A stretch of 64,000 nucleotides of DNA from the human T2T-CHM13v2.0 reference genome, Homo sapiens, in the NCBI RefSeq assembly GCF_009914755.1, contig NC_060939.1. One strand, 5' to 3'. Under the pieces are notes generated by a model, which was given only the letters and a program-made list of their open reading frames with translations, was not told the DNA's origin and made no database searches. Made by a program: the position numbers and the translations under genes. Below are positions 38,385-52,662 of the stretch, one piece after another (the first letter of the stretch is position 1; every line of letters starts with the position of its first letter).

Positions 38385-39114
38385 TGGAACTGCTCAACAG
38401 GTTCACCTTTCCTGCTACTTAGACAGAGCTGATTTATCAAGACAGGGGAATTGCAATAAAGAGTTTAATTCATGCAGAGCTGGCTGTATGGGAGACCGGA
38501 GTTTTTTTATTACTCAGATCAGTCTCCCCCAAAATTGGGGGATCAGGGTTTTTAAGGACAATTCGATGGTTAGGGGGTCGGAAAGGGGGAGTGCTGATTG
38601 GTGGGGTCGGATATGAAATCATAGGGAGTCAAAGCTGTCCTCTTGTGCTGAGTCAGTTCCTGGGTGGGGGCCACAAGACCAGATGAGCCAGTTTATCAAT
38701 GTGGGAGGCACTAGCTGGTCCATTTAGTGCCAGATCTGAAAAATATCTCAAGCACTAATCTTAGGTTTTACAATAGTGATGTTTTCCCCAGGAGCAGTTG
38801 GGGAGGTTCAGAATCTTGTGGCCTCTAGCTGCATGACTCCTAAACCATAATTTCTAATCTTGTGGCTAATTTGTTAGTCCTACAAAAGCAGTTTAGTCCC
38901 TGCGTAAGACGGGGGTTTGTTTCGGGAAGGGACGGTTATCGTTTTTGTTTCAAAGTTAAACTATAAACTAAGTTCCTCCCAAAGTCAGTCTGGCCTACGC
39001 CCAGGAATGACCAAGGATAGCTTGGAGGTTAGAAGCAAGATGGAGTTGGTTAGGTCAGATCTCTTTCACTGTCATAATTTTCTAACTCTTATAATTGTTG
39101 CAAAGGCATTTTCA
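38385..39114 (-). mobile_element. LTR8-family (ERV1) solo LTR
   Basis: 730 bp, TG...CA; matches recalled LTR8 (gcctttgcaa...gacagtgaaagagatct...ctccatcttgcttctaacctccaagct on - strand); exact 4-bp TSD ATCT at 38381-38384 and 39115-39118. Confidence 0.9.
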
Positions 39115-39769
39115 ATCTCTCCTTTCCATATGAGCCCAAATACGAAACCCAGACTCTTGTCCTTGATTTCCACAAAAGTTTCATTGGCCCAGGGCTTTTA
39201 CTGGTGGATTGGGGTAAGAGATGGGAGGGAGAGGGGGTACATTACAGATCAGCACCGAAACCAACACTAAGAGATGGAGTAACAGGTCCCTCTATAGACC
39301 AAACGCTTCCCCGCAGGCTACTCCCTCCCCAACCTGGTTGTTGAGTTCTTGCCCCTCCTCCTCATTCTCCCATCCTCCTCCCCACCTCTCCTGGGCTGCC
39401 TTAGAAACTCATTCCTGTCCTTGTTAGGCAGAGTAATTTGGTTGTCCGGGTTTTTTTCTTCCACCCAGTTTTAATTTGCATATTCAAAAACTCATTAAGA
39501 CACTGTAAAACAAATAACCCACCACCGTACTCTATGGCAATCTTCTTTTCAGCAGTTCAAAAAGAAATTTTTTAAAAAGTAATGGCAGAAGATTGGAAAT
39601 TCCAGTCTTCTTTATAACATGGCTGTATTTGTTGTCGAGTTTTTCATTAACATAAATCATATCATACCCACCCTAGAAGGCAGAAACAAGTAAAGTTCAC
39701 TTCTATCTGCATTTGTTTGTTTTAAACAGCAGTTTCTTTTACTTGCTGTATACAGGTTGATGGTGGAAA

Positions 39770-39908
39770 TCATTACATACAGATATGTCCTGATTTGCAC
39801 AGAATGGTCCATTTTAGACGTGTTGTCCCAGCTTAACTACTAATCACACCTCCTTCACTTCAAACGTGTCCTGGTTCAGATCATAAACCAAATAAAATGG
39901 TCACACCC
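39770..39908. mobile_element. MER94-like hAT MITE
   Basis: tgtcctgatttgc...tgttgtcccagc...gtgtcctggtt...atggtcacaccc. Confidence 0.55.
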
Positions 39909-40224
39909 TCCCCCGCCACTGAAGCAGTCGCTACTGGCTCTTTCTAGCTCTTTGTCAGGCAGAGCCCAGGAGTTTTCTCCTACACAATCTTATGCCTGGA
40001 CCACATGTAACAACAACTGAAGACTTAAAACAGTGTTCAGGAATTGCTTTCACGACTGCCGACCATCAGCAGGAAGGAAGATGTCCAGAAGGACAAAGAG
40101 AAAAATACAATTTGTGCAAGAGAATCGGGGGAGAACTTACATATTACTTCTGGTTGGCATACATAGGGCCTGAATGGCCACCCGTGAATCTATATGCATG
40201 TTTGTTTATGCAGCTACTATTTAT

Positions 40225-40287
40225 GTATCTGCTATCTATCTATCCATCTATCTATATCTATCTATCCATCTATCTACATCTATCATC
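40225..40287. repeat. Imperfect (TATC)n
   Basis: Seen directly. Confidence 0.85.
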
Positions 40288-41636
40288 TCAAGCTATGTCA
40301 CAGTTTAAATATTTAACACTGGGTAATGTTCTAAGGAGGAACAATCCCAGAATTTTAGAGCTGGAAGAAAATTTAGACGTCATCCCATCACACAGGGACA
40401 CTTAGGCAAGTCACACACAGCAAGTTTGTGGCTGAGTAACTTGTCTTCTACCCCCACCCGAGGGCTGTCCTCGGCCTTATCATGCTTCCCTCTTGATTCT
40501 GTGTGCCATCGTCACCCCACTCCTAATGAGAAGAAAGAAATGCAGCCCAAAGTGAGAGCGTCTTTTTCTTTCTGGCATTGTTGAGTATTGATTGACACAC
40601 AGGTTACGGACTCAGACAGATGGGGAATCAAGTCCCAATTCGGTCCATGCAAAAGAAGTGACTTGGGGCAACTTTCTAAGTCTGCGTCACTTATAGAATC
40701 GTAGTTGTGATGAGGTTTAAATAAGACAACATGTAAAAACATTTGGTATCCAATAAACAGCGGTCATTTTTCTTCCTTTCAATGAGGCTTTTTCTCTCAG
40801 GAGGGAATTTTTTTCTCTGGCATTTTTTAGAATAAGAATATACCTAACTCATTGTTTACTCCTATTCAGAGAAAGACTACCCAAAGTATGATCCACACAG
40901 TAGAGTAAATGGATCCCTAAGATTTAGAAAGAGCTATGGGCAGGAGGCAGGAGGCAGGAGGCAAGAGGCCTGAGTTTGATCACAGCTGCAGAATGAGGTT
41001 GCTGAGCATCCTGGGACACTCCACATCCCTTCTCTGGGCCTTGGCATCCTCCTCTGTAAAGTTGGAGGCATTAAACTTGACCTCAGATGTTCTGGCCAGC
41101 TCAGGAAGCCCACATTTCCTTGCCTTTTTCTCCCATGCTTGTCTGTCCAGGCTATTTATAACAAACTTTTAGGGCTTAATAGGAGAAAGGAAAGCAGTCC
41201 CATTGGCTGACCTTGATATTGATTGACTTATTAAACAGATGACTAGGATTCAAGATCACACCCTTGCCTATTACTAAAGATGAAGGGAAGGATGTTTATT
41301 CAGAAGAACAGAGAGCTTGCCTGGAACAGAGCTACTTGCTTGTATGTTGGGTTCTCCCATATGGAGTGAGTGGACACAGAAAACCATGCTTTCTGCCTTG
41401 ACCTTGTACATATGGCTTATGTGACCTTTGGCAAATCACTTGCTTTCTCTGAGTCTCGTTTTCCTCGTCTCTAAAAAAAAATTAAAATTGAATAGAGGAT
41501 GGTGTGAGATTTCAGCAAGATTAAAAGGTATAAGAGGCCAGTCCACTGCTGGGATATGGAGTGTGGTCTGATGATCCTTTTAAAGAATGGCTGCCTGGGA
41601 GTTGGGGAGTAGGCGGCTGTCATATGAAAGACCCTG

Positions 41637-41943
<307 letters not shown>

Positions 41944-41970
41944 GACTTGAAGGAACTGTGATGTCTACAT

Positions 41971-42150
41971 CAGGGCCTCTCAATCAGGGATGATTCTGTC
42001 ACCCTTCCTCCCTCCTACCCAATGGAATATTTGGCAATGAATGTCTGGAGACATTTTTGGTTGTCACAACTGAAGGGGTTTTCCTGGCATCTAATAGGTA
42101 GAGGCCAGGGAAGCTGCTAAACAACCTGCAATCACGGGACAGCCTCTCAA
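41971..42150 (+). mobile_element. MER20 (hAT-Charlie)
   Basis: tttggcaatg...tctggagacatttttggttgtcacaactg...ggcatctaataggtagaggccaggga. Confidence 0.85.
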
Positions 42151-43175
42151 AATGTTCACACAGTGCCAGGGTGGTAGGTGGAGGATTGTTGCTGGTCGGT
42201 ATGTGGATTTTCCAGTGCTTGGCATGGTGGCAGGTACTGAATAGGTGTGGGTTGAATTGATGTCATCGGGAATCAGGAACTCCCTTGGTGGATGACATCA
42301 TCGGGCAGTCTGTACCCAGGGGTGGGGATGAAGGGTGTAAGATAAGTGAGGTTTTTCTCACCATTGCCCCACTATGGAACAGGCCACCTTGCAAGGAAGT
42401 GAGCATCTCTCTGGAGTGTCTGAGCAGAAGCAGGGTACCTGTTTGCCAGTTATGCTTGGGAACAGAGTCTGGGATTGGACAGGGGGGTGGGGCCCAGGCT
42501 ACAGGCCCTCTGAAGACCTGAGTTCTGAGATTGATGAGTTTAGAGATACAGACACAGAAGGGGCTTCAGAGATCATGGAGTTCAAGTCCTTCATTTTTGC
42601 GGTGGAAAAAAAAGTGACTGAAGAGAAGATAGGAGGCTTGTCTAAGATCCCCGCGCTGCTTGGATGTGCTGCTGAAACTGCATCCCTGGTATCTCAATAT
42701 CCATGCAAATGTTCTTTCTGCTTTCCCCACTAACTGTGTGATTCCAAGAAGGAAACCAAAGAGCTGGAGTTTGCAGCCCTTTCTAGTTCTGAACCCAGGC
42801 GTTGCAAATGTGGCTTGATGCACGTCTTGGGCTGACAAGCTGGCTTGGATTTCTGAATGAGGGTACAATAAGGAGCATCAATATTGGTCTTAATAAAAAG
42901 CACACCTGCCCCAGCTCAGGTGCTGCTCCTAGATGAAGTTCCCTCGTCCACCCTTACTCAGTGGGATCTCCTCTGTGGAGTCCCTCCACGGTAAGTCCTT
43001 GTACACAGGGCACTCAGCTGTGTGCTCCATCAGGGTGGGTGCACGTGGCCCAGCCCATGGCCTCCTCTTGGATTCACCTTCTCACGTATGATATCTTGCC
43101 CCCTTTCCTACCCTATAGAGCCTCACCACCCCCAACTCCTCCAGCTGGAAAGGACTTTTAAAAGTCACCATCCCT

Positions 43176-43690
<515 letters not shown>

Positions 43691-43736
43691 GAATAACTGG
43701 ATGCTTGGTGAAACACCCCTGTCTTGACCCCTGCAG

Positions 43737-43942
43737 ATCAAGGACGTTGTGGGCTATAACTCTTTGGGCCACTGCTTCTTCACGGAAGATGGGCCGGAGG
43801 AACGCAACACTTTTGACCACTGTCTTGGCCTCCTTGTCAAGTCTGGAACCCTCCTCCCCTCGGACCGTGACAGCAAGATGTGCAAGATGATCACAGAGGA
43901 CTCCTACCCAGGGTACATCCCCAAGCCCAGGCAAGACTGCAA
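43737..43942 (+). CDS. CEMIP: CEMIP exon L (206 nt): IKDVVGYNSLGHCFFTEDGPEERN...KPRQDC
   Basis: ctgcag|ATC acceptor; GCAA|gtaag donor. Confidence 0.96.
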
Positions 43943-44674
43943 GTAAGTGCCTGGACCCCTCTCTGTGTGCTGGGGGGAAGGGGTGTACATGTGTGTGCAT
44001 GTGTTCACTCAGCTCAGCCCAGCACCAGACTTCTGCACTTCGGGGCTCTGAGGAGCTTGGGCCTCACAGCCCTTAACCACCTACGGCTCCAGCTTCCTGC
44101 AAAGCAGGTGGGAGGGAGGGTGTCTTCTCCCTTCTCCCTTCTCAGTTTGCCTCATGTGCATTTTTCTTGTCCAAAGAGGATCCCTGTTCTCATCTGTGGG
44201 GCTTCTCCTGATCCACACAGTGCTCTTTGATGAGAGGAAGTGGCTGACACCTCGCCTGCCACAGAGGCCCCGACCACACAGACCCTTTTCTAGATATTAG
44301 AGAGACAGAGGGACGGGGTGAGAGCTCTCTGTGCAGTCAGCCTTCCAAGTGCAGGGCCCCTCCCTTAGAAAGGGCTACTTTCCTGGGTTCTTCTGACCTG
44401 CATGTATTTTAGAGTCAATCTCAGACATCACTTGCACACTGCTTCTATTTTCAGGACCCATGCTCTTTTTAATTTCTGAATATTTTAAGTGCTTAAACTA
44501 GCACCACACTTTAATTAGAAAACTGGGTTTCAGATCAACAAGTCAATGATTTCTCAGATCTCTGATAAGAGACTATCAGGCCAATATCAGAGTGCCCAAC
44601 CTGCACCTGCCATGTGGCAGGATGACCCCTGGCGGCCCTTTATCTGATCTCAGGTATCTCTGCCCTCCCTGCAG

Positions 44675-44744
44675 TGCTGTGTCCACCTTCTGGATGGCCA
44701 ATCCCAACAACAACCTCATCAACTGTGCCGCTGCAGGATCTGAG
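44675..44744 (+). CDS. CEMIP: CEMIP exon M (70 nt): AVSTFWMANPNNNLINCAAAGSE
   Basis: ccctgcag|T acceptor; TGAG|gtgag donor. Confidence 0.95.
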
Positions 44745-45651
44745 GTGAGCAGAAATATTCCTTCTTTGGCAGAAAGTGAGGGTGGGGGCTGGAGTCAGGG
44801 AGACAGCCGAGGCTTACCTTGAAACATGTGTGCTCTGAGCCCCAAGCCCAGATATCCATGCAGACGGGCTTAGCTGTGGTGAAGAGGAAAACGACAGACT
44901 GGGGGTGGTGGGGCAGGGGGCGTTCTTTGGACTTGGTTTTAAAGGACAGCCCTGTCACTTCATAATACTGGTGACCATAGTTAGTGAACACTGAACGCTT
45001 TATGTATAATAAATCATTAGAATGCCATGATTTTAGCTTAGAATGGTACCTGACACATCAGTGTTGTAAGCTCACATAATTTGATTTTTGTAAGAACCCA
45101 GTGACGTAGGTATTATTATTATCCCCATCTGATGGGGGAGGAAGCTAAGGTTAGGAGAGCTGACATGCCCAGGGGCACACGTAGCTGGGAGGTGGTGGCC
45201 AGAGTGGCAGCACGGCACTCCATCCACACAGCCCTGCTCTCACCCACCCGTCCATGCTGCTGGCCTTCCATGGGACCCTGACCTTGACCTGGAACTTAGC
45301 TTCCTTATCTGTAGAATGAAGGGGAAAGCAGAGAACACTCATGAAATCCCCCCATTGTGTGTCAGGAAGAGGAGTTTCAGCCCTGCAGTGATTGAAACGC
45401 AGCATTTCTGAGCCATGTCTGATAGAGTAGGGCCCATCAAGGGCTTTAACTGTCATGGTGGGCTCTACTTTTCACTGTTTTCCCCCCAGACTGGACCACA
45501 TGGAGGTGTGTTGGGGGTGGGCACCGAGGGCTCCTGTGGGTGACGGCAGTAGCTACTAGACCCATCTCCGGCGTGGGCCGCGTGGCCACCTTGCCCAGGA
45601 GCTCTCTGGGGCTGAACGCTGTGGCTTTTCCCTTGTGTCCTTCCCCAACAG

Positions 45652-45780
45652 GAAACTGGATTTTGGTTTATTTTTCACCACGTACCAACGGGCCCCTCCG
45701 TGGGAATGTACTCCCCAGGTTATTCAGAGCACATTCCACTGGGAAAATTCTATAACAACCGAGCACATTCCAACTACCGG
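45652..45780 (+). CDS. CEMIP: CEMIP exon N (129 nt): ETGFWFIFHHVPTGPSVG...RAHSNYR
   Basis: ccaacag|GAA acceptor; CCGG|gtaag donor. Confidence 0.96.
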
Positions 45781-48263
45781 GTAAGTCTTTCCAGGCTGCG
45801 CCTCTCTGGCCAGCCTCTCGGTCCCCTTCCCAGGCCTGCAGATGATTAGAGCCGGGACAGCCAGTTGGCGACAGCTGGGAACAACTGCATTCTTAATGCT
45901 GGTCTCGAAGAACATGGAGCAGCCTTGCGAGGCCTCCCAGGCCATTGGCCACATTCTTCAACACAAATCTCCTGTGGTGGTTCCTGCACGGGCATGGACT
46001 GAGAATATGGCCAGAGCCAAAAGGAGCAAGTTGTGCCTTCACTCATGCTGACAGGGGGAGAGCTTCTCTTGGTGGCCCCTGAGCTGGGCACCTGAATTTG
46101 GTTTGCAATTCACTTGGCGGGGCTGGGTGTAGCCTCAACTATGAAAAGTTAGGCCTGATCCATAAGCTGAAGGAAATCAAGACGTGGTTCTGAAGGAAGG
46201 TGGAGGCAGCATTGGCATCCTCTCTGCTGTTCCCTCTTGTCTTGTTTCTTGGGAAATGAATGGGTTGCTGCATCTGCACAGAGCTAAGTGGGCAGGTGGG
46301 ACACAAAGTCCTCAGTCATCTTCATTTGCTCATCAACATCTCCTAAGCACCTGCCGTTGTGTCCAGCACCAAGCTAGGCACTGGGGGACAGAGGGCATAC
46401 CAAGATGACCGGGATCTCGAGTCTGTCAAGGACTTCCCAGTGAGGACAGCAGTCAAGACCAGAGTCATGGGGCATGGGATTGGAGCTTGGAGCATGGCTG
46501 AGACCAGAGACGCTCTTTGTTGGGGCAGAGGTGGTCTCAAGGATGCCAGGGCGGTGCGCAGACAGACTCCCAAATGCCTAGGCTGGTTTTCTGGTCCAAT
46601 CCCTAATGGTACTGATAAAGAAAAACTGACGTTCCTCAAAGGGAACAATACATTCGGAGGCAAAAAGTAAAAAGATTTTTAAAAGCCCAACCAGAGAGAA
46701 GACCAAAAGGAAGAGATGCAGTCTCAGAATAGACCTGTGCTTATGCCTAGGAGATAGGGTGGGGCAAGGGGTAAGCAGTTGCAGGGTGGGGTGGCAGAAA
46801 CAGAAGCAGAGTCCCCAGGCAGTGTCATTTCCCAGCAACTAGAAAAGAGGGTAGTGTCATGGGGCAGTGAGCAGAGGTGTGGAAGACAACAGTCTCATCT
46901 TGACAGAGGAGAATTAGTGCCGGGTAACAGAGAGGGCATTTCTGAAGCTGACATGGCCCTCAGAGAGCAATCTCCATACAGAGGGAGGTGCAGGGGGCAT
47001 ACTGCTGTTGGTGGCAGGGGGAACAGTGGAGAGAATGTGTTGGCTGCTTGTCGAGAAACCCCTCACACGCACCCCTTGGGAAGGCTTCCATGAGCAGGGA
47101 GGTGGGCCACATAGAACCTAGCAGGTGTGGAGAGGCTGGAAAGGGGAGGAGTGCATGCAGGTGAATGGTTTCTAACAAGCAGGCATGCAAGGGCTCATGG
47201 GTGCAGGTGGGGATGGGCCTTGAAGAAGGTGGCAGGTCTCATTCTCTGAGGCAGGGAGGGAAGGAGTGAAGAAGAACCTCCAGCTGGATGGATTCGATTG
47301 TCTAAGCCAAGGAGGAGGTCTCGTCCTTGGTGTTCATGCCCAGTAAGCCTTGACTCCACATCCACAGTGAGAGGGACCTGTTCCAGGAGGCTTCACCTGG
47401 GGTCTCTTATTGGGTCCTCATAACCATCCTGTGACATAGGTATCACTAGCCCATCTTGCAGATGATATGACTAAGGCTAAAGAGGTGAAGGGACTTGCCC
47501 AGTCATAGTTAGTGGGAGTAGAGCTGCGAGTCAACCCCACATCATCGGACTCACATCACCGCTGCTGAATTATAAGCCAGAGGGAGAATGAAACGGCCAC
47601 AGTGCCCTCCAGTTATCTAAAAAAGAGAAATCTGAGTATGAGCATTCACAAGAGGCCACGAGAATCCAGACAGGAATGAAGACTGAATGGTGGCCTCCCT
47701 GGGCAGCATCACTCAGCTGCCTTGATTTCTCCCTATCCCATGGCTGACAAAGTGGACATGTTTAGAGTCAAACAAGAAAGCCAGATTCTCTCTTCAAGAC
47801 AGGCAGGAGCTAAAATGAAACTGTGGGAAGGTCACTGACCCCAGCCCAAGGTAAAGATGGGACTTAGGTTCAGCATTTCCTTTAAATCACAGCAGATAAA
47901 TTTCCTAAGAGTATATACCTGTTGTTCCTGACTTGGGGCCTGGGCTAATAACTATCTAAAGCAGTGTGGGTCTGCACATGGACTTTGCTATGTGGCCTTG
48001 GACAACATACATAACCTCTCTAGACCTCAGTTTCCAAATCTGCTCCTCAAAGAGGTCAAATATTCCAGATTTGGTCTGAGCAATGCAGAATAAGGCAGCA
48101 TCTTCACCTCCCTTACTGTAGATCCTCTACTTCTGTTGATGCAGCCTGAGAACAGAGCTGGTTTTCCCGGAGCATTCAGAAGTATGCAGTGAGGCTGACT
48201 GTGAGACGATGCCTGTAGCCCACAGTAGAAACTAATGTGTCCCTGAATATCTCTTCCCTGCAG

Positions 48264-48349
48264 GCTGGCATGATCATAGACAACGGAGTCAAAACCACCG
48301 AGGCCTCTGCCAAGGACAAGCGGCCGTTCCTCTCAATCATCTCTGCCAG
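48264..48349 (+). CDS. CEMIP: CEMIP exon O (86 nt): AGMIIDNGVKTTEASAKDKRPFLSIISAR
   Basis: ccctgcag|GCT acceptor; CCAG|gtaat donor. Confidence 0.95.
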
Positions 48350-49266
48350 GTAATCAGCCATTGGGAAGACACAGTCCACGGTGACCTTGCAGTCCAGCTC
48401 CTGCCTCCCCCTCCTTCAATCACTCATTCATTCCCTGAGCATCTGTTGAGCCCTTGCTTTGTGCTGGGCTTTGAGCTAGTTGCTGGGGGTACAATGGTGA
48501 AAACCTGAGCAGGGTAAAGTCTGAATTAGGATTCTGGCTCCAGCAGCCAAAGGAAGATAGAAATTCCCAGAGGTTTCTAGATCCCTCAGCAAAGTGAATA
48601 GCTGGTAAGTCAGCAGAAATGAGCAGGGCCACAGTAGGTTGGGCCAGGATGAAAAGATGAAGAGAACAGAAGGGAAGAATTTTACCATCAGTTTAATGGG
48701 AAAGAACATGCAAGTCATGCCTATAAATAAGCCTACTGTTCAGCTGAAGGCCAGGGGCAACTTTTAAACCTCAAGGTAATTAGCAAAACCAATCTCCTTT
48801 AAAGAGACAAGTTGCTTGGTCTCCATCAAAAGTGGGTAACACTGGTAACATGATAGTGCACTCCGTTTTGTAGCTAAGAAGTGCTCAGAAAAGGCACTAG
48901 TTCAAGGTGACCTGCCAGTTAGTGGAAGAGCTGGGTATCTCCAGACTCTTCTCCTGGGCTACGAGGACTGTGTTGCATGACTTTGTGGGAATGGCTGTCT
49001 GAACTGTCCTCTGTGTTTTGGCCCCACTTGGGGCAGGTTCTTCAGTATGTGAGGAGCCTGCATGGGCTGGTGGAGGAGTGACTTCTTGCTTCTGTGATGA
49101 ACTCAGAAAGTTCATTCAAGAGCCCAGGCAATGCGAATGGGTTTCTGTTTAGTCAATGCCTTCCTGGGCACTGTGAGTAGAGAGAGGCTCACAGAGCCCA
49201 GAAGGGAGTCAGCAGAGGCGTGCCCCCAACACCGCCACCTGTGCCCTCCCCATGGTTGTGCTGCAG

Positions 49267-49398
49267 ATACAGCCCTCACCAGGACGCCGACCCGCTGAAG
49301 CCCCGGGAGCCGGCCATCATCAGACACTTCATTGCCTACAAGAACCAGGACCACGGGGCCTGGCTGCGCGGCGGGGATGTGTGGCTGGACAGCTGCCG
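49267..49398 (+). CDS. CEMIP: CEMIP exon P (132 nt): YSPHQDADPLKPREPAIIRHFIAYKNQDHGAWLRGGDVWLDSCR
   Basis: ctgcag|A acceptor; GCCG|gtgag donor. Confidence 0.96.
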
Positions 49399-50456
49399 GT
49401 GAGTCAGAGCGGCGTGTGGCTTTGGCACAAAGGGGGCATGGCGCGTCTTCCCCTAGCCCCCTACAGAGACAGGAGAGCAAAGCAGAGAGGGGAAGCCAGA
49501 CATACTGACGTTTGGCCTTCTGGTCCCCCAGCCAGGCAGGGGCATAGAATGGCAGCAGGCAGTGGCCAAAAAAAACAAAACCTAAAAGCAGCATATTGGC
49601 TTCAGCCTACAGTGCCAGGTGCTGTGGGTTATGATTCGCTTCCAAATAGTCACTGGGCTTGGCTCTCTCAAGGTCATGCGGACCATCAGCTAAGGGAGGG
49701 AAGAAGAAAGAAGCCAGAACATTCTAGGCACTTACTATGTGAAAGCCTTGGTTGCATTTCTTTCTTACCATGTTTCTCAAACATATAAATTATGATCTCC
49801 ATTTTAGAGACGATAAACTGAGGTTCAGTTTAGTGAATTTCCCAAGGTCACGCAGTTAGCTAGAGTTTGAACTGGAACTTGGAGCCACAGTTCACTGGAC
49901 TCCAAGACCCAAATGAAAAAGGCAGGGAACGCTGAGCTCTCATATGAGGTCCCTATGTGAGTGACTGGCACATGCTGGACAAGGACCAGAAGGCACAGGC
50001 AGTGGAGCTGGGATTTGTTTTCAGGGAGTATTGTGAAATGTCTCCTTGTCTGCCTTTTGTGTTAAAAATGGGAAATCAGAAACCTATTAGGAAATAAACA
50101 TATTTCTCTATTTTATTGTGACCAAGTAAAGGAGAAATAAAGGTGAAAGGGAACAAGAGAAATTGAAATGCGAGGAGAAAAGCAGAGACACAGCATTGAC
50201 AGAGAGAGCAAGAGAGAGAGGGAAGGGAGAGAGAGAAAGGCTGCTCAGAAATGCAGAGATCTGGGGAGAAACTGACTTAGCATTGGAGCCCCAGGAAGAT
50301 GCTTGAGAGACAGAGAAGGGGAGGTGCAAAGGCTTTTGGGTCCCCCAGCCAGGCAAGGACATAGGATGGCAGCAGGCAGTGGCCAAAAATAAACAATAAA
50401 TTTTTTTTTAAAAAAGTCAAAAAAGCAAAACTTAAAAACAGAGGCAGAGAGACTGA

Positions 50457-50772
<316 letters not shown>

Positions 50773-52545
50773 GCAGGGCCTTCATTTTGCACAGGAGAAA
50801 AGAAGTCATTCATTTTAAGAAGAAGGGAAGGGAGAAAAGGGAGCTGATTCTGGGTTTCTGAAGGGCATTTAGGGGAAGGGGGCAGGGTTGTTCTGATTGG
50901 CTCTAGAAGGCAGAAGTGATAGGCATGAAGCAGGTTTCAGCTCTGGAGAAGGAAGAACCTTCCTACCATATGAGACACCAATCTATGGGATAAGCTGCCA
51001 GGCTCCTCATCCCTAGAGCAGACCCTAGAGCATCCTTGGGAGGGGCACTACACAGAAGGTGGGTGGAAGCCCTGGGTTGAAGAGAAACTAGATGGTGTCA
51101 ATGCCGAAATTCTTTGCAATATCCTAAGTTCGGTAAATCTCTTGGTTCTGGTTATTGGGCATTTCAGAGTTTAGGTCCCTTAAGAGATGGTAAATGCCAG
51201 ATTTAGGGCAGCAAGAAAAATTGCGAAGACCCCTCCTGCCAAAGTGTGTGTGTCTTTTAATCCCCCACCAGACTCATTCCAAGGTAGCCTAGGATCTGCC
51301 TGGCACCAAGGCTGTGGTCCTACGTGTGGACAAGGTTGGTGCAATCGGGGCTGACAGAAGACAGGGATCCCTTCAAGGATTGGAAGAATGAGGGGACCAG
51401 GAGCCTAGCACTGGGGGACAGAAGCAATGAGGAAAAGCCATGGAGGGGCCTGGGAGATAAGACTCAGGAAGTTTGGGAAAATAAATGGATAAGACAGTGC
51501 CCTAATGATGGGACTGGAATGACTGATTTGAACTAAATGGGCTTCGGAAAAAGAAAAAGGTCCATGTGTCTGAAAGAGGGTGAGCAGAATATGAAAAAGT
51601 ACATTGGGAATTAGAGAGCATGCCTGCCACCAGGACCAGCCTGGTGCAGCTGATGTGGATTCACCAGGCCCTTGAGCTTGGATCTATGAAGGATATAAAG
51701 CCACGGAAGTTTTAGGGACCAGAGAGGCTGGTGAGAATGGCACTTTGAGATGAGCCTGGCAGGGTGGACAGGACAGATGGAAGGAGCAGAGGCATAGAGA
51801 CCAGTTAAATCTACCCCTGGGACACAGGAAGTGAAGGCGGCCACTGTATTTGGCCCTAGGGTCTGTGGTAGCACAGACCCAAGGCTCAGCTCTGGATTCT
51901 GTGTAATCCCTTGTCCCTCGCAATCAGACGCCCCCCAGAAGCATGCTCATCTGACCCCTAAAAAGGGCAGAGGTGAAAGGGAGCTGACGAGATGGCCCCA
52001 GAGCAATTGCAAAATGACTTCCTGCCCTTCTCAGGGTCAGCATCTGCCTGGCTTCCTGGAAACTTGAAAAGTAGCTATTGATGCCTCTCTCTATGGCTGA
52101 AACAGCAGTGAAGATGGTAAAAGAAAAAAAAAATAGAAGTGCATTCACATACTCCACCTTTCCCTGGTGCTGGTCCTGAGAGCGGAAGGCCCTTCAAGTT
52201 CTCCTGATCCAACCTCACACTAAGCCCTGGAATCACAGAGGATGGGGCTGGAGAGGGAGGCATATGGACCCCAGTCTGCATGCTGTCAATGCCGTTGAAT
52301 GTGGAGAGCCACAGGGGTCACTGCTTTCTCTCTAGAGTCAGAGTGGGAGGGGACCCAGAAAATCCCCTTCCTGTGCAGAACAGGAGAGCCACAACTCCCT
52401 GAGCACGACTCTGCTTATGTAGAGACTCCTTCCTCTGCACGGTATTCAGTTTGACTCCAAGGGCAGGGAAGTGTCCTTCTCTCCACGACTCCACTGAATG
52501 TGAAGCCAGGGCATGCTCTGACTATCTATCTGCTCTTGCCCACAG

Positions 52546-52581
52546 GTTTGCTGACAATGGCATTGGCCTGACCCTGGCCAG
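52546..52581 (+). CDS. CEMIP: CEMIP exon Q (36-nt mini-exon): FADNGIGLTLAS
   Basis: ccacag|G acceptor; CCAG|gtaag donor. Confidence 0.94.
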
Positions 52582-52662
52582 GTAAGGGCAACTGTCATTG
52601 TACTTGGTCCTCTGTGGGATCTTGTCTCTGGGCATCTCACCTTAAACATCTTCTCTCTACAG

